Source: Calcarisporiella thermophila CBS 279.70 (lineage: Eukaryota; Fungi; Calcarisporiellomycota). Taken from it: 64,000 bases of DNA. This document shows positions 26,832 to 36,098 of this stretch, one piece after another. Position numbers and translations under genes: made by a program. Each line of letters starts with the position of its first letter. Position 1 is the first letter of the stretch. The stretch spans positions 923,823 through 987,822 of the forward strand of contig NW_027192196.1 in assembly GCF_041956535.1 (NCBI RefSeq). Direction: 5' to 3'. The notes under the pieces are model-generated. The model worked only from the letters and a program-made list of their open reading frames with translations. It ran no database searches and was not told the DNA's origin.

Positions 26832-26904
26832 GTTTTTTTTTGGTTCTTTATCTGCTACTATCTCTTCTACTGGCCATGGAAGGGAGCAGATCAGATTATC
26901 CTTA

Positions 26905-27549
26905 AACCAGAAAACTCTTTTCATTCCTGACTGCTTGATCCGGAGCCGTTTTCTTGACCAAGAGTGTAGTCCTCTTTTATGCATAGTCTAAGGCCAATCC
27001 CTCTGGGATTCCTAACCCTAAGTGTTTAACGAGATAATTCTGCCTCATTATCATTCTCCGTTGGTGAGATTGGAGTGAGGGATAAGAATTTTTCTCGCTT
27101 TTCGGTCTGCTTTAACGGTTTGCGCGCTCCTTGTGAACTTAGCCCTCTTTTCGCAATGAATATGGCGATAGTTCTATAACAGGGTGCGTTGTCGGCCTAG
27201 GACCCCAATCAAAATTTCCAGTGTTCTTGCGATCCTTTTTGACTGGAATCAAACTAACTCTAAAAACGGATCGTTTCCTTACTATGCGATTGGGCTATTC
27301 TGTTGGGCTTTTTATTGCTCGAGGGTCAAGTGTGATTCCGCTAGTATCGAAAACGACAACCTGGGCGAGTCACGGTCGATGTTTGGGGAAATGGCGAACT
27401 TCGTGGGTCACCATTAAAGGCTTGATTACCTTGCTCTCCCGGAAAACAACGACGTATTCCGCCGCTTGTCTGTTTTCCAAGTACTAGGTCCGAGTTGGGA
27501 AATGACTGTAGTGTTTCTGGCATAATTTGCCTGCAGGCAACTTTTTTTT
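26905..27549 (+). ncRNA. Putative telomerase RNA (TER/TR), ~640 nt
   Basis: Template CCUAACCCUAA 27011-27021; boundary hairpin AAUCCC-UCU-GGGAUU 26996-27010; core-enclosing helix GCAUAGUCUAAGG 26981-26993 / CCUUACUAUGC 27277-27287; pseudoknot 27216-27273; CR4/5-like junction 27385-27439; terminal helix 26907-26933 / 27493-27520; U8 tract 27542-27549. No credible protein ORF here. Ends inferred from the structure. Confidence 0.85.
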
Positions 27550-28073
27550 ACACATCAAAGAAAATGAAAGAGAACCACCGCATTATTGAGAAGAATGTTT
27601 AAGGAATCATTGACCAATGCTTAATTATTTTAATTATAGAAATACCTGTGAAGCTTAGAATTGAAACTACTATCTGAAACTGCAGGCATAGAATGCTTCA
27701 GCCCGAGTCTTAACAACAGCTAGCTTTGGTGTGGCTTAATAATATTTGTATTAAACTATATTACTAAGGATATATCTATTTTTGATGCCTTATTTTCGAT
27801 AGTTAATAGGATTTTCTGGCATCCAGTTGATAAGCAATCCATGCAGGGATGTAATTTTTATTATCTCAATATTTTCTAGAGCTTTTTTTTATCACATTTT
27901 ATTCTAAATGAGTTGTATGGTACTATCCAAATGATACGTCCCTATTTTTCAGTTGATATATTTTAATTACTCTTGAATTCGTTTATGATAATATATTCCA
28001 ATAATCAGATTTATTGATGCATTAATTATTCAAGTAATCCTTTTTTATATATATAGTAAAACCCCAACTGTTG

Positions 28074-29481
28074 TTATTTTACAATAATAGATATTTGTAC
28101 CATAAGATCAAGTAGCTGCAGATGTTCATCTGCCCCGTCGACAAGATATTTATCTATCTGACTAATCGCTTGCGAAATTTTGGCTTTCTGAATGGTTGTG
28201 AGAAGTTCGTCTTTGGCAATACGGTCATGTAGCTTCAAAAAGCATTATTGAGTAAAATCCAATCTTTGAAGAGCTCTAAAGCAATCTTACTTGATTTACT
28301 ACTTGCGCGACGGAATATCCGGAATAAATTATATCACGCACCACATTATATATTTCATCGTATGTTGCATGGAACACAGAAGTTAGTCGTTTTATCACTT
28401 GCTCGGGCACAACACCAGCAATTTCTCGAATTGAATCAGAGGTAATTTTTTTCTCACGGTGCAATCTATATGCGCTCTGCAGAAACATGATTGCCCTGCG
28501 TAAATCTCCCTCTGAGGCGCTAATGAGTTCGTCCAGTGCCTCAGGTTCACAAACAACACCTTCGGCTTGACTGATCATCTCGAGCCGAGTACGCGTGTTC
28601 ATAATATCGAGCGGTTTGAACCGAAACTTAGCACAACGTGAAGCTAGTGGCTCAATTATTCTAAGATGCTATAAATATCAGTCGCTAGTAACAATGAGAG
28701 CAAAACTTAGCTTTACATGCCTTGTCACATAATTGCAAATAAGACAAAATCGAGTCACTTTTGAGTAGGTTTCCATTGTTCGTCGAAGTGCAGATTGTGC
28801 GTCGTTTGTCATTGTGTCAGCTTCGTCTAGAATAATAATTTTAAAAGGTGGACAAGGATATCCGCTAAAAAAATATTCAATACAGTTAGTAAAAGAGCTA
28901 TCTAGTTTTTTTTTTTTAAGTGCGAACCTGACTCCTTGGCCAATTGCTGTTCTTGCAAAATTCTTCACCTTCTCACGTATAACCTGTATGCCACGCTCGT
29001 CCGATGCGTTTAATTCCAATACTCTAGTGTGCATTAACTCAGGTCTAAGAATATGATAATCTAAATTTAAATTCAATACAAAGTCTTTCAAAAATGGATT
29101 AATTTACCCAAATAACTCGCGTGCCAAAGCTAGGATTGTCGAAGTTTTACCAGTCCCAGGTGGACCATAAAAGAGCAAGTGAGGAAGCTAGTGGGAAGGT
29201 ATGTGAGAACAGAATATGGAAATAAAAATGTATATTAAATAAATACATTATTGGACTCTATTGTTTTCTTTAGGACTTGCACTGCCTGATCTTGAGCGCT
29301 AATGTCGCTCATATTTTTCGGTCGACTGATAAGTATTATCAAAAATTTTCATTTGAGTGATGTTCAAAATGCTGATTTAGGAGAGTAGGATAACATACTA
29401 TTTCTCTATCCATGGTTGATCTACTTTTGTACCGCTCGACACTTGTGTCGCTGCTGATCGCACCTGGAAAAAATTAGACAT
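28074..29481 (-). CDS. RFC2: Replication factor C small subunit (yeast Rfc2 / human RFC4 type)
   Basis: QPWIEKY|[79 protein letters not shown]. Confidence 0.95.
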
Positions 29482-29509
29482 TATTCCTGGCGTGTCTTTA
29501 CTAACAAAG

Positions 29510-29588
29510 TCGCGTTTATTCTCGTCTCGCAAAAAAAGAAAAAATAATGTGGCTTATACAACGCGAATATCTCCCGCGAAATACGCGT
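29510..29588. promoter_or_regulatory. Cluster of CGCG-core (MCB/E2F-like) elements in the RFC2/DAM1 bidirectional promoter
   Basis: TCGCGT 29510, ACGCGA 29561, CGCGAAA 29575 and ACGCGT 29583 lie within a 143-bp AT-rich gap. Confidence 0.6.
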
Positions 29589-29624
29589 TATCTTTATTCA
29601 AAATTAATCAACAGAACGAACACG

Positions 29625-30059
29625 ATGAATCCGAGCAAACTCTTCCCTCTTACCCCCCGCCGCCGACTGTCACGTCGTGTTTCCATGGCAACATCTCAAG
29701 CTCTTCAGCTCTCACCCCTTTCTCCCTCAGATCAGTCAGAGCAACCATCACCTCCTTCACTTGTTAAACTTGAGCAGCCAATTGAAGAAATTGTTGAATC
29801 ATTTCAAGCTCTATGTGAAAATTTTGAGAGCTTGAAACAAGTTCATGATTCCCTCATTGGATTTAATGAGGCTTTCGGATCGTTTTTGTTTGGAATTAGA
29901 ATGAATGAACACTGCATTGAGTGGCCCCAGGTTGGTCTGATACTGAATTGTATTAATCAAATATTTTGACATTCACACATATATTGCTAGGCACCTGTAA
30001 AAGAATCTTTTCAGAGGGCAGAAATGCTTAAAAGCAGAGGAATGACAAATAGCAACTGA
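29625..30059 (+). CDS. DAM1: DASH/Dam1 kinetochore complex subunit Dam1 (short form)
   Basis: ENFESLKQVHDSLIGFNEAFGSFLFGIRMNEHCIEWPQ|AP matches the Dam1 core (FNESF.SFL.G..MN..C...P.AP); basic N-terminus TPRRRLSRR. Confidence 0.88.
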
Positions 30060-30209
30060 ATTACAGTTTTTTTGTATATAACTTTAATGTTTATTATTTG
30101 TATTGTGGTTAATATAGGCAATCTGATATTAAATATCTAGATATATATTCAAAGTGTAACAAAAAAAGACTATATGCAAATCTATCATATTGTTGAATTA
30201 TACACGCTA

Positions 30210-31385
30210 TCAACTATCGTGAATTGGTTTCTTGAATTTGCCCTGAAGCCAAACTCGATACATCTTAAGTTTCCTTGATCGATTGACTATTAGTCGGCGA
30301 TCGACAGCGTTCTGTTCGATGGTAAAGCGAGATGAGAATAATTTCTGAATTTCGTCTACAAATAGGAATGGAGAACATTAGCACTAAGACAAGATATTCT
30401 TATTGAAGTAATGTAATAGTTTATACCAGGCGTGAAGAAATAAACTCGAGTTCCGTCTCCTCTTACGTAGAAATTTTCTTGCATCATTCTCCCCTGCTTG
30501 AATCTTAATTGGGCAAGATCATGACGGCCATAGTCCCTGAACAGTATCAATCCTCCAGGTTTAAGCAATTTTTCGAGATTGATTAAGGCCTGCTCCCATT
30601 CCTCGGGACGTAGTGCTGAAAAGACAAAAATAAGGACAATAACATCAATGGACGCAGGATTGACTCCCTCAGGAAGAGAAGTTGACGTGAGATCCCAGAC
30701 AATGGCTCTGCTGCGGCGTGTGTCATACTCGGGATGCGATTTGACTACATCCACAGCAACTGAGGAATAATCACAAGCATGAACGAATAGGTCTGGTTTC
30801 TGGCATTCAGCAAGAAGAGGGAATAAGGTATTTCCTGCTCCACATCCAACCTCCAGAACTACTCGCGGACCCTCCTAAAAGAAGATTAGCATATGCTCTA
30901 TATTACCAAATGAAACTATAAAAATATTACCTCCTCAGCTATTTTGAACAGTTCTGGAAACTCAATACGTAGCCAATGTCTATCTTTAAAAAATCTATTT
31001 TCATTTCTTTCGTAAAAACGATTCCAGTGTTCTGCTGCATAGCTATTTATTTTTTCTGATATAACCAGTCTTCAGTAGGTTTGTAAAGTTGTCGAGCTCA
31101 GGATATATGTACCTTGTTCTTCGGGAGGCATGGGTGAGTCCAGATGTTTTGACAATTGCTCGCTTATGTACTTTTCATGTTCCTCATCCCACTCAACATT
31201 ATCCCTGTGCACAAGAAAATTAAAGTTAGACGATAGATTATATAATGTCCTATTAATATATATAAATACCATGCATTATGATTATATACAGCATCCCTGT
31301 CAACTAATAGCCTTGTGCCGAAAACGCTTGGATCATTAGGATCGCTAGCATTACGGACGGACGAAGTCTTCTTTTTGTCATCCAT
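30210..31385 (-). CDS. TRM140: tRNA m3C methyltransferase (Trm140/METTL2/6)
   Basis: FGTRLL...NHNAW|[70 protein letters not shown]. Confidence 0.93.
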
Positions 31386-31527
31386 TTCAAGCGATCTTCT
31401 AATTAACTACATTTCAACAATAATAAAGATAAATTCTAAGCCACCATTTTATTTTGGATTCGAGGTATTCGCGTATTTTTTTTATTTTACTAAATACTTT
31501 AGTTTTTACCAGAAAACTTCAACCATC

Positions 31528-32918
31528 ATGAGCTTTGGGGCCAAACCCCCGGAACTAAAGGATTTTGAGGTAGTTAATCTGGATCATTATTATTATTTTA
31601 TTTGAATATTTCTTGAAATTTAGCGAATATGTTGTAAAGGTATCGCAACCTCCTTCTGATGGGATCTCTGACCTCGCATTTTCACCACAAGCAGAATTCT
31701 TAGCAGCTACTTCATGGGACAATAGTGTATGTAAACCTTTAATAATCTTTTATTATTTTTGATGATCCCACTTTTATGCTAATGAGCTTTCAATACACAG
31801 GTAAGAATTTGGGAAGTCCAACAAAATGGTACAACAATTGGAAAAGCAATGTACAATCACGAGGCACCGGCACTCTGTTGTACCTGGAGTCGGGTAAATT
31901 TTAAGCATACACCCGCCAATCCACCAGCTCTATTCATATTTTCTTTAGGATGGAACCAAAGTGTTCTCTGGGGGTGCTGATAAAGCGGGAAGGCTTTTTG
32001 ACACGGCAACTGGTCAATCGACTCAGGTAGCTCAGCACGATGCACCTATCCGATGTTGTCGGTGGATTGACATGGGACAACAACAAGTGGTGGCAACTGG
32101 GAGTTGGGACAAAACATTAAAGGTATTTGGTCTCTTTTATTTTTCTTTCTGGATCGTGTTGATTTATTTAATAATACTTGTATTAGTACTGGGATCTAAG
32201 AACATCAAATCCCGTGGCAACTATTCAACTTCCCGAAAGATGTTATGCTCTAGACGTAGTGTTCCCATTAATGGTCGTTGGAACCGCCGAACGCCATATT
32301 CAGATTTTTAATTTGAATAATCCTACCACTGTTTTTAAGGTAAACATTGTAAAGATATATTTTCTATATTGAGTATTAATATTGGTATACATTTAGCAAC
32401 TTACGTCACCTCTCAAATGGCAAACTCGTTGCGTCTCTTGTTTCCCGAATGGCACCGGATTTGCTGTTGGCTCAATTGAGGGTCGTGTTGGAATCCAATA
32501 TGTGGAGGACAAAGATACGGCGAATAATTTCTCATTCAAATGTCATCGTGACAATAACAACGTCTATTCAGTTAACGCAATATCATTCCACCCCATCCAT
32601 GGCACGTTTTCAACTGCAGGTTCGGATGGTACTTTTAACTTTTGGGATAAAGATTCCAAACAACGTCTGAAGGCATTTTCGAATGTGGGCGGAACGATTC
32701 CATGCACGACATTCAATCGCAATGGTACAATTTTTGCATATGCTGTTTCGTACGATTGGAGCAAGGTAATTCTATCCCTTTAAAGCTCCAAGTATAACCT
32801 GGTCTTATATATATAATATTAGGGTCATCAACACGCTCTTCCATCCAATAAAAATGCAATTATGTTGCATGCTGCCAAAGACGAGGACGTGAAACCCCGT
32901 GCACCAAAGAAGAGGTGA
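31528..32918 (+). CDS. RAE1: WD40 mRNA export factor Rae1/Gle2
   Basis: PPSDGISDLAFSPQ, ATGSWDKTLK, SPLKWQTR, GSIEGRV, FSFKCHR, FSTAGSDGTFNFWDKDSKQRLK, YAVSYDWSKG. Confidence 0.95.
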
Positions 32919-33158
32919 ACAACCTGGATGATAGCATTAATATAAGAGAAAATTGGAACTAGATATTTTACGACGACAAGAATTTGGTCTCTCATTATTT
33001 CAATGGTTTCACTATGCTCTTCCGATTTTTCTTCTTTTTTGCACACGTTTGCAAATGGTTCGTGATATCGCATGTAAAATAATGGTTAATTATTATAAGA
33101 AAAAATATATAAAAAATGTTTTGGATTTTATTGAGAAAGTCGTATTATGATACTATAT

Positions 33159-33690
33159 TCAATCGCTTTTCAATTTTTTCCAAAGTACGACAACTGTCAC
33201 GCCTACAACTGCAACAAGGCTTGATACAATTGCAATTCCAATCAGACCGTCTAAATTAAAAAAAAATTATTAAGATATTCGAATGAATGATTAGCTAGCA
33301 TTTATTACCTAGCGATACACGTTCTTCAATCGCGGTTCTTAATTCCAGCGCTCTTAGCCTACTCTCTTCCTCCAAGTTTTCCCACCCTAGCATAGCATCC
33401 ACGAATCTTCGTGATTCTCGGTACTCTCCGGTCCGAAAATGACCCAATGCAAGCAAATAAACAAGTTCTCTCCGCCTTTCGGGCGATTCATGATAGATTT
33501 GTGTTAATATTTGCACGCCAAGACGGCGATCACGTGTCGAGCGGGATTTAATGAGTCCCCATGCAAAGTTGAATTGAGTCTGCGTGGTGGGATCAGCTTC
33601 TGCCTGATAAGCAATGCGAAGCTGTTCCAAATCTTGTGCGGGAAGGGGTGTGGAAGCATCAGCTATAGTGGGAAAAGCGTCCCGCTGCAT
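33159..33690 (-). CDS. FIS1: Mitochondrial fission protein Fis1
   Basis: QTQFNFAWGLIKS, SPERRRELVYLLALGHFR TPR; last exon DGLIGIAIVSSLVAVVGVTVVVLWKK forms a tail anchor. Confidence 0.92.
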
Positions 33691-34528
33691 TTTCTGGCTT
33701 TAGCTCTTTTGACTTACATTCTCAGAGTAACGTAATGAAATAATTTCGAAACTAAGCCACAAGTGTTATACGCTCCAAAAACTGAGAGCACTAGACATAA
33801 CTCGATTTTTAATTATTTAAAACTATATAAATAAGTGTATATAAGCGTGTATGTAAGTGTGCGGATAAGTGAAATGTTTACAAAAGCATATAATAGTATA
33901 TAGTACGAAGTTGGAGTAAAAAGTGCTATACTAGGCAAAAGCATTATTCTTCAATGTGCTTTTCTTCTGCTGCTGCTTGAAAGCGACTTGTTAATGAAAC
34001 CGGGGTAATTCTAATGCATTCAACTATATGGTCAATAAAAAGTGACCGAAAATTCGAAATTATCCCTTACTTCTTCTGGAGTTCTTTCCTTTTCTGTACA
34101 AGTTTTTGTGAACAAGGAGAAAGGAATTTATCTGTCGGGCTTGCGACGCTAAAAAATAAAACAGGAGTAAGTTATACACAATCCATTATATACTCTTTTG
34201 CACAATTTCTTCAATCCCGTACTTGGGAACCATAAGATTGCGTTTGTGAGGAGGTATAGGAAAAGGTTTCTTTTCAGTGTCTGAAGGTTGAGAAATCTTC
34301 TCATCAGGGCGGAATATATGCGACATTTCGTGATATTTTTTTCAATTAACACTAAGCGACGCGTTGAAAAAAAGTTTTTTTTGGAGAGTATGTGAAAGAA
34401 GTCTTTTTTAGACAGGGAACGCGTCGAAGGAATATTTAAATTAACAAATTTCTTTCGTCATCGACGGGTGACGCCATTGAGTAATAATACGGCGGCAAAG
34501 CACAGACTACTTCTCTAACATACTTCGA

Positions 34529-35911
34529 ATGAAGCCAGAAAAGCAATGGAATATATTTTCTACTCGTAAAGATTATTTCCCTCTTCCTTGTGGGGTCGCT
34601 TCATTATTTCTGCACGAAAAAGATGTGCCTCGTCAATGCTTTCAATTTTCGCAAATCCTTGCTCCGGAACCTGAACACAAAAGACAAAGGATCAGACCAA
34701 TTTTAATATCCTTTTACTTATCAGCTTAATTATGGATCTTTTTTTATCCCCATTGTTACCTTAACTTTACTATTATAAAACGTAGATTATGGCTACTTAA
34801 GCGAGCGACGCAAGACTTTTAAAAGAGCAAGGATAACGAATTCTGATGAATACAGTTTAAAATTTTCACAGCAACCTAGCGGAGAGGATACTGCGAACAC
34901 GAATAAAGAATTCGTTGAAAGAATAAATGGAACATTGGCAGAGATGTGCAACGGAACCTTAGAATCAACGAAAATGGATATAATTTGCCAATCGTTACGC
35001 ACATCACATAATAATGTAAATTCGTTTGCGCAATTGGATATAATTGAAATATAACCGTCTAATATTATTAGGCCATGTCCATATGGAAATGCGTTGATGT
35101 TTCCGGGATCCAAGAGGATTCAATTTTCACTCTTCTTACCGAAGTATCCAAGCATGAAGATATCGCCTTTCAGAACCATATATTATTTCTAGAAAAGTTG
35201 CTGGTTAAAAGAGTATTATCTAAATTAATCGATTATATCTATTGGCATTTTTCTTATTCGAAAGCTTAAAGCTGCTAGACTTAAAGGAACCCGCGTCTCG
35301 AACATTAACGGCTGCGATTCTTCATGCCGCACAGGTTCAAGGCAATGCATTAGTAATTGGAGTTCTCATTCCATTGCTGAAAAAGGAAAAACTTGGTGAT
35401 AGAAATATAACTCATAGCCTTTTTTTCAGTTTCTGATGACCCAATTTCTTTAGATAAACCTCAGTTAGATATTATGACGAGAATTGTAAAAAGTGGACTA
35501 CCTATCTGGAGTGTTTCTTATATGCTCAGGTAATTCCATGTTTACTTTCCTCCCTTAACACCAGTTCAATCTTTAGAGCTATCTTATAGAACTATGACAC
35601 AGTCTAATCACAACCAACCTGCTTTTACTGATCACTCCATCGAGATTCTCATTACTCTTCTCAACACCCTCCCTAATTCTGATTCTTCTCTTAACGCATC
35701 AACTGTTCAGAGTCTTTTGGACCGACTAAAATCCAGTTTAACAGTGCATATGAAATCAAAGAAATTTGCCCAAATAATTCTAACACTAGTGGTGCGCCAT
35801 GGATCTGTGCTGGAGGAGGAACATATAATACAAGTGAGAGATATGGCGGAGAAAAACCAGACTTTTCTGCGAAAGAGCATTATTAATGCACTAAAACCAT
35901 TGTTAAAATAA
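34529..35911 (+). CDS. FANCE: Fanconi anemia group E protein homolog
   Basis: LLDLKEPASRTLTAAI...VLIPLL and C-terminal KSKKFAQIILTLVVRHG...AEKNQTFLRKSIINALK match the FANCE C-terminal repeats (human ...SASRLLTTAL... and ...NTTFLRKSLKAALK). Many short exons; start approximate. Confidence 0.78.
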
Positions 35912-36098
35912 CAGCCTAATCCGTATGTCTCGTTAGAATTGGCAAAATAAAAAGAATTTGTTTTAATCATTATTCTAAATCAGCTTTTATTTTATATATT
36001 CTATTTTATACAACATGTTCGAGAAAAAAAAAATTGTATATATAAATGCAAGTATTGATTAATATTCTGTAATGAACTCTGTATTCTGGCTCGACTTA

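Noticed and set aside
27011-27021. Interstitial telomeric repeat remnant as the explanation for CCTAACCCTAA
   Set aside because: Under two repeats long and embedded in correctly ordered boundary hairpin, enclosing helix, pseudoknot and CR4/5 elements.
27429-27499. Alternative CR4/5 fold using CCUUGCUC/GAGUUGGG as P5 and GUACUAGGUCC as P6.1
   Set aside because: That P6.1 stem is mismatched, and GAGUUGGG pairs better in the terminal helix. The 27385-27439 junction fits the consensus much better.
27184-27523. Short ORFs (77, 88 and 60 aa) in the BIT61-RFC2 gap
   Set aside because: Two begin at non-ATG codons, none has a recognisable domain, and they overlap the extensively base-paired TER-like structure, which explains the region better.
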